A stretch of 63,984 nt of DNA, the filler included, from Octopus bimaculoides (lineage: Eukaryota), in NCBI RefSeq assembly GCF_001194135.2. It is 6 parts of 6 records of this genome, joined end to end, with 100 filler letters (N's around TTAATTAATTAA, not from the genome) between each part and the next. Parts side by side here need not be neighbours in the genome. Positions count along the whole stretch, not along the records: positions 20,228 to 44,756 come from NC_068985.1; positions 44,857 to 51,951 come from NC_068989.1; positions 52,052 to 57,983 come from NC_068999.1; 3 more parts are not named here. One strand, 5' to 3'. This document shows positions 42,652-55,453 of this stretch, piece by piece; the stretch's first letter is position 1; each line of letters opens with the position of its first letter. The notes under the pieces were generated by a model. That model had not been told where the DNA came from. It did not search any database and saw only the letters and a list, made by a program, of their open reading frames with translations. Made by a program: the position numbers and the translations under genes.

Positions 42652-42843
42652 GGTTGTTGTAGTGAAGGTGTTGGTGGCAATTGCGTTGGTCGCGATGCTG
42701 ATTGTAGTGGTGAGGGAAGCGGTACTGTCGATGATATTATTGTAGACCGTTATGGCGAATGGTGTTGTAGGTATTTATCGTGATGATGGTTTATTGTGAA
42801 ACTCATTGTGATAACAGTTGAAGCAGTAGTGATGACGGTGGCG
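40620..42843. repeat. Large degenerate (GGT/GTA/GTT)n low-complexity tract interrupted by a gap and a SINE tail
   Basis: Trinucleotide-derived tract. It produces the poly-Val ORFs in the ORF track. Confidence 0.9.
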
Positions 42844-44109
42844 NNNNNNNNNNNNNNNNNNNNNNNNNNNNNNNNNNNNNNNNNNNNNNNNNNNNNNNNN
42901 NNNNNNNNNNNNNNNNNNNNNNNNNNNNNNNNNNNNNNNNNNNNNNNNNNNNNNNNNNNNNNNNNNNNNNNNNNNNNNNNNNNNNNNNNNNNNNNNNNNN
43001 NNNNNNNNNNNNNNNNNNNNNNNNNNNNNNNNNNNNNNNNNNNNNNNNNNNNNNNNNNNNNNNNNNNNNNNNNNNNNNNNNNNNNNNNNNNNNNNNNNNN
43101 NNNNNNNNNNNNNNNNNNNNNNNNNNNNNNNNNNNNNNNNNNNNNNNNNNNNNNNNNNNNNNNNNNNNNNNNNNNNNNNNNNNNNNNNNNNNNNNNNNNN
43201 NNNNNNNNNNNNNNNNNNNNNNNNNNNNNNNNNNNNNNNNNNNNNNNNNNNNNNNNNNNNNNNNNNNNNNNNNNNNNNNNNNNNNNNNNNNNNNNNNNNN
43301 NNNNNNNNNNNNNNNNNNNNNNNNNNNNNNNNNNNNNNNNNNNNNNNNTCGGTCGGTCGGTCGGTTGGTTGATTAGTTGGCTTTAGAAAAAGAATCAAAA
43401 TAGAATATGGAATATAAGAGTTATAATAACAATTTTCGGATTTTCTTGGTTTTCTTTATCTTTTCAATTTATTTATCTGTCTGTCTGTTTGTCTGTCTAT
43501 TTATATTTCTATTTATCAATCAATGAATCTGTCTCTGTCATATGTATGTGTTTGCATACGTGTATACGTATGTATAAGTGTGAGTATACATGTAATGTGT
43601 GTGTATGTGAGTATATATGTAATGTGTGTGTGTTTGCATGTGTATATATATGTATTGACACATACTCAATATTATTAAACTTCAGTATTTTTCCTATGTA
43701 TGCATACATTTTCTTCTCTTTCTACCCTCTCTCATCCTCTCTCTCTTCATATCAGTGTATATGTACACAGATCTTACTGCCTGTCTGTTTAAATATTTAT
43801 CGCGCTGACGGCTTCTCAGACTATCGATCGAAATAAAACAAGCTATATATCTACCTTCCAATCCATCTATCTATTTTTCTTTTCATCTATTTTTCTATCC
43901 ATCTAGCTAGCTATATTAATTAATTTAGTGCTGTTTGCCATAGAAATAAAAAGCTAAGTTCTTTGCGATCCCAATCCGCTCTTCGATTTTCTGGTTATGG
44001 TTACGGCTTTTACCACTTCGTTCTTGTCATATTAGTCTTTGAGAAATACACGGATCGTCCAAATTTTCGTTTTCTTTCTCAAGTCTGAGGCATACTGAAG
44101 AATATGCTC

Positions 44110-44385
44110 ATGCAACAACAACTACGATAAAACGATCAATAAATCGCAAACGACAAGCTAATCGGGAATGGCTTGAAAGTGCAATGAGAACGACCATGAA
44201 ACAATTATTCGCAAATGGCAGATCAATCGGGAAAAGATGGAAAGTCACATCAACAACAACGACAAATCAATCGTTTGCACACGGTAAGCTAGTAGGGGAA
44301 AGCTTGAAAGCCACAACAACGACAACGATGATGAAACGGTTCTTTGCAAAAGGTAAGCTAATCGGGAATAGCTTGAAAGCCTCAA
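44110..44385 (+). repeat. Degenerate minisatellite, about 4 copies of a 65-70 bp unit
   Basis: The unit acaacaacgac..tttgcaaa.ggtaagctaatcgggaatagcttgaaag is repeated with divergence. Confidence 0.7.
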
Positions 44386-44554
44386 CCTCACATTTCTCCT
44401 TTACATGACCACCATGAAAGAAACGGATACGTTTCCGGTATGCCAAAACAGTACTTGGTCTTCGTTTCCGGTTGGGACCATTACTTTTCACCTATAGTCA
44501 ACAACAACACCACCAACAACACCAGTAATAATCATAATAATAATAATAATAATA

Positions 44555-44611
<57 letters not shown>

Positions 44612-44894
44612 CAGTACCAGGCAGTGGCTCTCATGGCTTCTGATCTTAATTGATTGGAAGTGTTATCATGTACATTGTTTTGTTTTGGTATAAAAGATGA
44701 GCTGCAACAAATATTCTGCTCAATACCACAGATTTGCTTGTCAATTGTTTAACCTTNNNNNNNNNNNNNNNNNNNNNNNNNNNNNNNNNNNNNNNNNNNN
44801 TTAATTAATTAANNNNNNNNNNNNNNNNNNNNNNNNNNNNNNNNNNNNNNNNNNNNATATATATATATATATAAAGATGTATACATACACATAT

Positions 44895-45067
44895 AAATCG
44901 GGATTACTAGCCTGAAGTTTATACAGATAATGTATAAACTATTTGCTGATTTGAAATTGCATCGTAGATAAAGTTGTTCTATAATGTGTGATGTATACGA
45001 TGCAATTTCAAATCAGCAAATAGTTTATATATTATCTGTATAAACTTCAGGCTAGTAATCCCGATTT
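44895..45067. repeat. 72-bp inverted repeat with a 29-nt spacer
   Basis: 44895-44966 is the reverse complement of 44996-45067 at 71/72 positions. Confidence 0.95.
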
Positions 45068-45488
45068 CGTTTCGGAGGCGAGTCGAGTGCACGGCGTTGA
45101 TAAACCGCAACCACGGCGAAATACTGTATTAGCCGTTTACGTTTTCACTTCTGGAGTGATTTCAATTCGACTAGCCTTGAAGTATACTTTGCTTTTTAAC
45201 ACTATACATATTTAACGGATTTTTTTTTCCTGAATTTTTCCCATTTTAGCAACACGCATACGTCAAGTGAGTGGTATTGGATATAGCTAATATATACACA
45301 CACATACACACACACGCACATACACACACACGCACATACACACACACGCACATACACACACACATGCACACACACGCACATACACACACACGCACATACA
45401 CACACACGCACATACACACACACGCACACNNNNNNNNNNNNNNNNNNNNNNNNNNNNNNNNNNNNNNNNNNNNNNNNNNNNNNNNNNN

Positions 45489-45549
<61 letters not shown>

Positions 45550-45706
45550 GCTACACATGTTCATACCTGTGCGTCTGTGATATATTTGTTTGGAACACCA
45601 ACACCTATAGTTTTAATGGTTCTCCATATTTCAAATAACAAATGTCGTCTTGATGATCTCTTCAGTCACTAGTTCATGTCACCTCCGTACCTTCACATTT
45701 TCACAG

Positions 45707-45853
45707 GGTTTTGCTCTTTTGCTGGTGGTGGTGTACGCAAGCAATTCGAGGAGAACAACCTGACCGTCACAGAAGATATAATGTTCATTGAAGAAACACT
45801 CACTGATTCTATTATGGATTTTCACCTAAAGAAACTAAGTCGGGATTCTAGAA
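45707..45853 (+). CDS. ANF-receptor-domain gene (NPR / receptor guanylyl cyclase-like), visible exon 1 (internal)
   Basis: Acceptor cacattttcacag, donor GTAAGT at 45854. Reads (x)FCSFAGGGVRKQFEENNLTVTEDIMFIEETLTDSIMDFHLKKLSRDSR, phase 1 at both ends, and joins the next exon as SRDSR-I-IMLC, like the ..R/VIxxC segment of NPR-family ectodomains. Confidence 0.85.
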
Positions 45854-47360
45854 GTAAGTGAATACTGAGCTTGGGGTACGGACTTGGGATACTGCTGGTT
45901 TTTGTATTCATATTAGTTTGTCAAATGTAATGCTTATATATGCACATTGTTTCGAATTAATCATATATTATATTGTAGCTTTGATATTTTGATGACGTGA
46001 TTATTTTTAGAATGACATTGCAGGGTAAAGGTGAGAGGCCTGATTAGTTTGAACATAAAACAGGTAGAATATGACCGATTTAAATGCTGAAGAGCTGAGG
46101 AAGCGGCAGCCAATTTGGTTTATCACACCGGGCAGATAAAACTACGCTACTTGGACTTGAAAAGGTGATGAACACTGTCCAGATTCCTCTGACTAGCTTG
46201 TCAAAAAACTATGATAATAAAATATGAATTTACTGACGCAGGTGTAGCTTTGTGGTTAAGTTCGCTTCGCAACAATGGGGTCCGAGTTCGATTACACTGT
46301 GTGGCCTTTTGGATAAGTGTCATCTACTGTAGCTAAAGGTTGACCAGTACTTTCTGAGTGAAATATGAGCAACGGAAACTGTGTGGAAAATCCACCATAT
46401 ATTTACCAGAGAGAGATGATGATCAATAAATCAGTGCTATTTACTTCTCTGAGCTACGTCCTTGAAGTTAATTTAGTCATTTCAATAAATTGCTGTTCTA
46501 ATAAATGAAGTACTAAGGTCAATAAAATCGCCTACAAACCTTTTAATCCTTTGCTTATCCAAAACATTTTCATAAGTTTCTCCTAAACATCCATTCTTCT
46601 TAGACTTTTCGTTAGCCCTTGTTTCATACGTTCTGAGTACTAAAAACTTAAAACTTTCGTCAGTTAATCTGGTAGTTAAGAAATAAATTGGGCATGTGTA
46701 TCATATATGATGCATGGACGCTCGGAAAATATGCCCTGTGTATCGCATCTGATACACAGGCAAACGGTTAAGATGCGTTACCGGACAGTAATCTGGCTGG
46801 GGCATCGCATGAATACAATAATTGAAACCAGCAAAGAATAACAATAAAAAATGTAAGATGTAGTGGTCTGAAGGGAATGACTTGAACTCTACCTCACTAA
46901 TGTTATTCAATGAGTTATATCATAAATTTAAAAGTTGTTTCTGATTTAAGTAATGTCGCCGTTACCTTTTAGTAAGTGTTTCTCTATTTTCTTTAAAATA
47001 TTTCTGCTTCCAATTTTCAGTCGTTTAATTCGTATGTTATTCCATATCTTTTCTGTAAAGTAAAACTTCTTAGTGATGACTGAAGTACTATTATATTATC
47101 ATTCGTCTTCCCGGCATATTGTTGTTTGGTTTTATTGTAATATAAACGATATCTGGCAAATAGAACAATTTAATCTACTACATATCGCTAGATTTCTGTG
47201 AAGTCATTTCGGCAAAAAGATTTTGTTGCATTGCCATTTTGACAAAGCTCTGCTATGTTAGACCTCTTAAGCTTTGAAGATCGATCGGTCTGTTTAGTCT
47301 GAGGAGATTTTAAGTGTAGTCAATGGAACTTATTTTGTTAGAGCGTACGAGAGAGAGAAA

Positions 47361-47444
<84 letters not shown>

Positions 47445-48111
47445 ATGCTTGTATTGTTTCATCAATACACCACATAGTGGTAGGATGTTACTGGAGGTAA
47501 TGTAACCATATCAAAGTTAAGAAATATTTTATATTTTAAAATGAACTTTAGAAAACAATATGAAGGAAGAGAAATTACAAAAGACAAATAATGAAGAACG
47601 ACGAGAAACGATAGAATAAGTAGGAGACGACTAATAATGATGAGACATTAAATGAAAGTAGCAAATGATTAAATAATGATTTCGAATTTTGGCACAAGGC
47701 CAACAACTTTGGGGCAGGGAGTAAATCGTTTACGCCAACCCCAGTGCTCGACTGTTACTTATTATATTGACCTCGAAAGGATGAAAGCAAAGTCGACCTC
47801 GACGGAATTTGACCCAGAGCATAAAGACGTATGAAATACCGCTAAACACTTTGCCCGGCGTGCAAACAATTGTCAGCTCGCTGCCATAGCAAATGCTTAA
47901 ATAATGATGACAAGCAATAAATGAAAGTTGCAGACAATGAATAATGATGATAGAAAGTAGCAGACGATAAATAACGACGACAGACGAGAAAATGAAGTTG
48001 CAGGCGACTAATAATGATATTGGCGACATGTTTCCATTTCTGTCAATGCTCGCAATTTCATCATATTAAATCCATCATATTAAATCCTGAAATGTTTTTG
48101 TCTACCCACAG

Positions 48112-48332
48112 TAATCATGTTGTGCACAGCTCGAGCCCAACTTCGCAAGATAATGCTCCGAGCTTATAGCATGGGGATGTGCAAAGGAAATTTTGTCTTT
48201 TTGGCGCTGTACTCCTTCCCCAAAGCGTTTTACACTGACCCCACCGATAAAAAAGAGGAGAGTATGCCACTTTGGTATGGCAATGATACCGACGACGAGA
48301 CTGCCAAACAAGCGTTCCAAGTTGTCTTCGAT
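48112..48332 (+). CDS. ANF-receptor-domain gene, visible exon 2
   Basis: Acceptor tttttgtctacccacag, donor GTGAGT at 48333. IMLCTARAQLRKIMLRAYSMGMCKGNFVFLALYSFPKAFYTDPTDKKEESMPLWYGNDTDDETAKQAFQVVFD matches the NPR-type pattern (R.IML.A...GM..G.YVF ... W...D..D..AK.AF). Confidence 0.92.
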
Positions 48333-48619
48333 GTGAGTTCCTCTCTTTCTTTCTTTCTTACTTTCTTTCTTTCTTTCTTTCTTTCAACCATTTACTGTTT
48401 TCCATCTCCATCTCTCGTATTTCATTGCTATTCATACACTCTGTCTTACTCAGTTATACAATAACTCTCACTCTAAGTATGAATCTTTCTCCTCTATCTT
48501 TCTGACTCAAGCTAAGATTAAGACACACACAGGCCAACCATCTCCCTAATTACTTTCTTCCATTTCATTACTGGCCCTTTGACCGCTTGTTTTCCTTTCT
48601 CTTTTTGCTCTTCCCACAG

Positions 48620-48733
48620 GTAACGCTGGCGTCGATAAACACGAAGCAACTAGAAGGTTTTCTTGAGCTGGTCCCCCAGAAGCTAACAGAAGCTCCTTGG
48701 AACAGTACCGAAGCAGTAGATTTGGGACTGAGT
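48620..48733 (+). CDS. ANF-receptor-domain gene, visible exon 3
   Basis: Long polypyrimidine acceptor ending ttcccacag, donor GTCAGT at 48734. VTLASINTKQLEGFLELVPQKLTEAPWNSTEAVDLGLS, phase 0 at both ends and in frame with both neighbours. Confidence 0.85.
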
Positions 48734-49177
48734 GTCAGTATTCATCATTGCCTCTTTTTCCGTTTTTATCGTATTAGATTGTCACTTTTCCTCCTCGTTT
48801 GAATCAGTTTCCTTCTCTTTTTTCTTCCTCCCAGACAATCGTTCAACCTTACACAAGTATCTCATGGCCACAATACAACCACAGTACCTCTCATACAGTT
48901 GTTTTAATCCTCCTTACGTAACTACAATATCTAAATACAATACAAAAACTGTACCTCACGCAGCGATTCTACCTTATTTCTAAGTTACAATAAAACCACA
49001 GTACCTCAAGACCACATTATGCGTACAACCATAGTACCTCATAGACACAATACTTCAGACAACCACAGTAGCTGTAGCATATATTTGCCACATGTTCCTT
49101 CCTTTTTTGTTCCTCAATCAATGTCACCCCGCCTCTTCCTTCTCGCTGAAGCAAACTCCCTCATTTTACCTTTATAG

Positions 49178-49313
49178 GGTTCAAGACACAGCCCTTACCT
49201 TTTTGACGCCGTTTATCTGTACGCCATTTTACTCAACAAGTCGATGGCCTTGAATATATCGCATCGAGATGGGAAACAACTGTTGTATTTGGCGAAGAAG
49301 ACGGAATTTTCAG
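49178..49313 (+). CDS. ANF-receptor-domain gene, visible exon 4
   Basis: Acceptor ttttacctttatag, donor GTGAGA at 49314. GSRHSPYLFDAVYLYAILLNKSMALNISHRDGKQLLYLAKKTEFS(G) contains the hallmark (Y/F)DAV.LYA..LN ... DG ... F.G. Confidence 0.93.
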
Positions 49314-50599
49314 GTGAGACATATTTACTATTGCTATAGGCACCGGTATGACTGTGGTTAAGAAATAGCCACGTGATTTCAGGTTCAGTACCACTGTACA
49401 GCTCCTAAGGTAAGTGTCTCTTACTGTAGCACCGAGCCGATCAAAGCTTTGTGAGTGAATTTAGTGGACGGAAACTGTGGAAGCAGTTGTATGTATGTAT
49501 GTATGTATGTATGTATGTATGTATGTATGTATGTATGTATGTATGTATGTATGTATGTATGCATGTATGTATGTGTGTATGTATGTATGTATGTATGTAT
49601 GTATGTATGTATGTATGTATGTATGTATGTATGTATGCGTGCCTGTGTGCGTGATTGTCCTCCACACACCGCTTGACAACCAGTGTTGCCGTAACTTAGC
49701 AGCAATTCAGCAAAGAGAACGATAGAACAAGTATCGGATTTAACAATAAGTGCTGAGTTAGATTTGTTCGACTAAACCCTTCAATGTGGTGCCCCGGAAT
49801 AGCTGCAGTCCAAGGGCTGAAACGAGTAAAAAAACATAAGTAGCTTGCTTACCAGCCCNNNNNNNNNNNNNNNNNNNNNNNNNNNNNNNNNNNNNNNNNN
49901 NNNNNNNNNNNNNNNNNNNNNNNNNNNNNNNNNNNNNNNNNNNNNNNNNNNNNNNNNNNNNNNNNNNNNNNNNNNNNNNNNATGTATGTTTGTGTGTCTG
50001 TGTTTGTCCCCCCACCATCGCTTGACAACCGATGCTGGTGTGTTTACGTCCCCGTAATCTAGCGGTTCGGCAAAAAGAAGCCGATAGAATAAGTACTAGG
50101 CTTACAAAGAATAAGTCCTGGGGTCGATTTTCTCGACTAAAGGCGGTGCTCCAGCATGGCCGCAGTCAAATGACTGAAACAAGTAAAAGAGTAAAGAGTA
50201 AGAGTATACTGTTGATACTGTTTTGGGCACAGGCGTGACTGTGTGGTAAGAAGCTTGCTTCCAAACTACATGTTTTCGGGTTCAGTCCCACTGCGTGACA
50301 CCTTGGCCAAGGGTCTTCTACTATAGCAGCATGGCTGCACTCAAGTAACTGAAACGTGTAAAAGAGATTACAAGAAAATACGAGTGTAGGCTCGCAACGT
50401 AAAAGACTTACTTTGCCGAGCGTTAAACTATTACGCCTAATTATTATTTACACATCAGTCTTAGTCAAATATTTAAAGGGAGATAACTCCCATTGCTGAT
50501 TTAAGAGTTGCTTCCCTTGTCACAGATTTTCTTGAACTTCAATCTGTTTCTTGAAGAAAAAGTAAAAGTAAAAAGGCACACACCCACACACACGCTCGC

Positions 50600-50637
<38 letters not shown>

Positions 50638-50681
50638 NNNNNNNNNNNNNNNNNNNNNNNNNNNNNNNNNNNNNNNNNNNN

Positions 50682-50716
<35 letters not shown>

Positions 50717-50728
50717 CTCTCTCTCTCT

Positions 50729-50785
<57 letters not shown>

Positions 50786-51629
50786 GTCGTAAATAAAAAT
50801 GTCAAGTGAGTATTGTTGCAGCACCATTGGGCGAAAACTTTTTGTTTCAGATATGACATGTAATTGAAGGGAATGGGAGGAAGGTGATTCCTTTCCCAGT
50901 TCGGTCAGATATTACTCGCAGCCTGAAGAGACTGATGCAGACCCAGGTCTGTAGGGATTTACGAGATAGATGGGCAGAAACAACATTCGGTGTCTGGTTC
51001 AGATGCTTGCAAGAGAGTAGACTCCACTGAAGTTACCCAAGGAACAGGTTGGGATGTTTAACCGGGTTACATGTTAAGCTAACTACTTAAGAGAAAAGAA
51101 GAAAAAAAAAAGAAAAAAGAAAAGCGGGTGGTTCATGTGAGTAGACACGTGACTAGAATGTATTAGAAATCTGATTTTATCTTCAGTTCTTAGCAAGTTG
51201 AACCCATTCATTCAGAGTTGAGTTTTTCCCAGGGGGAATCTTGATAAAGACAGAAAAAACATGAAGGTAGATTTCAAATAGTAAAAATACTAGAGACAAA
51301 AATGAGAATAGGTCGAGAATGTAGGAGGAGATTAGTTTAAATAAGAAAAAGAAGAGAAAAGGCAGAACTTGTCGATACAGCATTTCTACTCAGTATGAGT
51401 AGTAGACATTAACAAGCCATATTACTTTACCTCTGAGTGTAGAAGTGCGTAAGAAGGATTGAACAATACATGAAATAAAACAGCTTGAGCCAGGTCCACC
51501 ACTAACTCGTTCACACGAAACATATTTTTCTTATAGCATGACATTCACGTTAGGTTGGGAAACATATGTATATTGAGATAAATTTAACATGATGTGGCTA
51601 TTAACTGAAAATATCTGCTTCTGTTCTAG

Positions 51630-51760
51630 GAATGTCGGGGAAAGTGGAATTCGATGATAATGGTGATCGAGACCCATTTTATTGGGTCTGGGATTACACC
51701 AGTCCCACCGGTATACCACGGATCATTGCAGTTGGCTCAGCATCTCCACTTTATGGACAG
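51630..51760 (+). CDS. ANF-receptor-domain gene, visible exon 5
   Basis: Acceptor tgcttctgttctag, donor GTAAGT at 51761. (G)MSGKVEFDDNGDRDPFYWVWDYTSPTGIPRIIAVGSASPLYGQ contains the hallmark G..G.V.FD.NGDR. Confidence 0.93.
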
Positions 51761-51919
51761 GTAAGTTATCTCGTTTAAGCTATGAATGAGTGTAGATTTC
51801 GCAGAATGTCATAACTTTTCAAACTTGTTTCTCTAAATTATTCAAAGCTTCAAGGCCTTGTGTCTGTAATGTAGAGAATAGGATTCTCTCTCTCTCGCCC
51901 CTCTCTCGCTCTCTCTCTT

Positions 51920-51951
<32 letters not shown>

Positions 51952-52096
51952 NNNNNNNNNNNNNNNNNNNNNNNNNNNNNNNNNNNNNNNNNNNNTTAAT
52001 TAATTAANNNNNNNNNNNNNNNNNNNNNNNNNNNNNNNNNNNNNNNNNNNNGGAGGGGGTGGGATGACAGAGGAATGAACTTCCGGTGGAGGGGGC

Positions 52097-52129
<33 letters not shown>

Positions 52130-52139
<10 letters not shown>

Positions 52140-52535
52140 CTTTCATTCTTTTATTTGTTTCAGTCATTTGACTGCAGCCATGCTGGAGTACCACCTTTAA
52201 TTGAACAAATTGACCCCAGGATTTATTCTTTGTAAGTCTAATACTTATCCTATCGGTTTCTTTTGCCGAAACACTATGTTATGTAAACGTAAACACACCA
52301 ACATCGCTTGTCAAGTGATGGTGGGAGGACAAACACAGATACACAAACAGACACACACACACACACATATACAACGGGCTTCTTTCAGTTTCCATCTACC
52401 AAATCCACTCACAAGGCTTTGGCCAGCCCAAGGCAATACTAGAAGACACTTGCCCAAGGTGCCATACAGTGGAACTGAACCCAGAACTATGTGGTTGGTC
52501 AGCAAGATACTTACCACACAGCCACAACTGCACCA
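52130..52535 (-). mobile_element. High-copy SINE family B (CORE-like ggcaccttgggcaagtgtcttc, central CA/TA microsatellite, tail gactgaaacaa.taaaaga), representative copy
   Basis: Other copies at roughly 20228-20470(+), 20670-21035(-), 24810-25400(-), 39140-39290(+), 46240-46390(+), 49340-49830(+), 49981-50215(+), 50230-50375(+), 54825-55030(+) and 61735-61856(-). Confidence 0.85.
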
Positions 52536-52544
52536 ATATATATA

Positions 52545-53272
52545 TATTGGGTTTTCCCATAAATAATGTGGTCTTTTCAATTGCATGAACTAAAAGTCGG
52601 AGAGGGACAGGATAAACTACTTGCATCAACTTGCTATAAAAGCAGGTAGTAATTTTACCTTGTCCTTATTCTTAGTGCAAGTTTTTAAGAGTGTGGTTTG
52701 ATTTTAAGCTACTTTTTTAAAGCTACAATGGAAGTGACAAAGGAGCATATTCGGCATATTTTGATTTATGAGTTCAATAAAGGCAACAATGCAACAGAAA
52801 GTGTGAGGAATATTAATTCAGTATATAGGGATCGGACAATAAGCGTAAGCCAGTATCAACAGTGGTTCCAGAAATTTCGAGCTGGAAACTACAGCCTTGA
52901 AGACGAGCCTTGTCCTAGAAGATCTATAGAACTCAATGAGGATGCCCTGCAAACTGGTGGAACAAAATCCCATCATAACTGTTGAGGAACTAGCAGAGAA
53001 GCTTGGATTTAGTCATTCAACCATTCATCGAGACCTGCATGCCACTGAAAAGGTCAGCAAATTGGGTCAATGGGTTCCTCACAAACTTTCTGAGTCTAAC
53101 TTTCCGAGTGTGTGCTCGTCTTTGCTATCACGTCTCCTGAATAAACCATTTTTGGACCGAATAGTCACTGGTGATGAGAAATAGGTTCTCTATAAAAATG
53201 TCAAGCACTAAAGACAGTGGAGAGGAAAAGGAGAAACATCAGCACTCCAGGCTGAAGAAGGTCTTCACCCAA
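52545..53272 (+). mobile_element. Truncated mariner (Mos1/Hsmar1-like) transposon, 5' half with frameshifted transposase
   Basis: Terminus TA-TTGGGTTTTCCCATAAATAATG. MEVTKEHIRHILIYEFNKGNNATESVRNI..WFQKFRAGNYSLEDEP, then LVEQNP..TVEELAEKLG..WVPHKL..FLDRIVTGDEK..LHP. WVPHxL and VTGDEK are mariner motifs. Confidence 0.9.
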
Positions 53273-53546
53273 CTAGGGTCCACAGAAGCTTTAAGTGAGT
53301 CCATGAGTAAAAAATTGTAATTTGTGTGTCCATATATAAATTTTGTTTACTAGGCGAGATACCTGTCTTTATTGAAATTTTCAAGATTTGCATTTGGAAT
53401 TTATGTTATGAATATAACGAAATTGTTTCATTGTTAGTTTTTACTAACCTACAAACATATTTTATTTCAAAAATTTACATGTGCACATATGGGGTCCACA
53501 GATAGCTCTAAGGGTTCCACAAGCAAAATAAGGTTGGGAACCCCTG
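53272..53546. mobile_element. hAT-like MITE end that truncates the mariner
   Basis: Repeated ggggtccac motifs and terminus aaggttgggaacccctg (reverse complement CAGGGGTTCCCAACC, typical of hAT/Charlie ends). Confidence 0.5.
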
Positions 53547-53805
53547 ATCGAAACAATTTGAGTTGAAGAAACAGAACAAGGAAAGAGTTATATCCTGTAG
53601 TCAACAGACACATTTAAACCAATCCCAGGCAAAATCAAAATCAGCACTGTCCCCATTGTGACTTCATAACATAATCCATACCTGAACTCAAATTACTTTC
53701 GTGCATCTATGGCAAATAGATGCAGCTTCTTTTATTTTTAATTCTTTCTTTTCTTTTTAATCTTTTCCTTCAAATGCTTATACATAGAAATCAATGGGAA
53801 TGATC

Positions 53806-53842
<37 letters not shown>

Positions 53843-54553
53843 TTAGGGCAGATGAAATATGCCAGATGAAATATTAAGCAGCATTTCTTCAAGCTTTACA
53901 GTCCAAGTTCAAATTTTACCAAAGTTGACTTTGCTTTTCATGTTCTTGGTGTTGAGGAAACAAGTAACAGTTGAGAATCAGGGTTGATGTAATCAACTAG
54001 ACCCCTCCCAAAAAATTTCAAATCTTATAACTATAGTAAAAAGGATTATTATTATTATTATTATTATTAATCATTTTCATGTGACAATGTCACATAAAAG
54101 CACCCATTACACTCTGTAAAGTAGTTGGCATTAAGAATGGCATCCAGCCAGAGACACCATGCCAAAACAGACAACTGGGGCTTAGTGCCGTCCTCCTGCT
54201 TGCCAGCTCTAGTTAAACCATCCAACCCATGCCAGCATGGAAAACAGACGTTAAATGATGATGATGATGTGCTTTTTTGTCAGAATCAGGTTTTCACACA
54301 CTAAATAAAGTACTCAATAAAAGAAACAAAGTTAATTATTTAAGTTTAAAAGTGACCAGCTGAGTTATAACCCTTTCTATTATAATTCTTTCCAAAGCTT
54401 GTAAATACAACTTTTGTGATGACTGAATATATATTTTCTTTTAGATCACAAAGAAAGTGAAAAGGAAAGGAGAAAATAAGAATAGATGAAAGGAAGAAAA
54501 AGGCACATATAAAAATTAGAAATATAGAAGCTACTCACAAATAAACTTCAGAC

Positions 54554-54593
<40 letters not shown>

Positions 54594-55158
54594 TAATAGT
54601 AATGTTAAGACAACAAAAGAATGAAAGAGACCTTGATATTATGTAAATAGAGGAATTTATACATACTATACCGACAGACATATATATATATATATATATA
54701 TACTATACCTACAGATATATATATATGTATGTATATATGTGTGTGTGTATGTATGATATGTATGTGTCTATCAATATTTGTTTTTATGATATAAAGGAAA
54801 CAATTTTAAAAAGGTGCAGGTGTGGCTGTATGATAAAAAGTTTGATTCCCAACCACATGGTTTCAGGTTCAGTCCCACTGAGTAGCACCTTGTGAGTGGA
54901 TTTAGTAGACAGAAACTGAAAGAAGCCTGTCATATGTGTGTCTGCCTCCAACCACCACCACTTGACAAGTGGTGCTAGTGTGTTTACATCTCTGTAACTT
55001 AGCACTTTGGCAAAAGAGACCAACAGAATACTCTAAAAAATTTAACAGAAATTATATAAAGCCAAGATGAATTCAAAATACATCACAATCCGATGACGAC
55101 TTAGCTGGTCAAAATTCAAAGTCACTATTAATACTAAATACTATTTTTGTTAAAGAAT

Positions 55159-55200
<42 letters not shown>

Positions 55201-55417
55201 NNNNNNNNNNNNNNNNNNNNNNNNNNNNNNNNNNNNNNNNNNNNNNNNNNNNNNNNNNNNNNNNNNNNNNNNNNNNNNNNNNNNNNNNNNNNNNNNNNNN
55301 NNNNNNNNNNNNNNNNNNNNNNNNNNNNNNNNNNNNNNNNNNNNNNNNNNNNNNNNNNNNNNNNNNNNNNNNNNNNNNNNNNNNNNNNNNNNNNNNNNNN
55401 NNNNNNNNNNNNNNNNN

Positions 55418-55449
<32 letters not shown>

Positions 55450-55453
<4 letters not shown>

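Noticed and set aside
42106-42745. Poly-Val ORFs and a possible antisense mucin-like poly-Thr ORF
   Set aside because: Translation of a degenerate (GGT/GTA)n tract. The antisense frame contains stops and there are no convincing splice sites.
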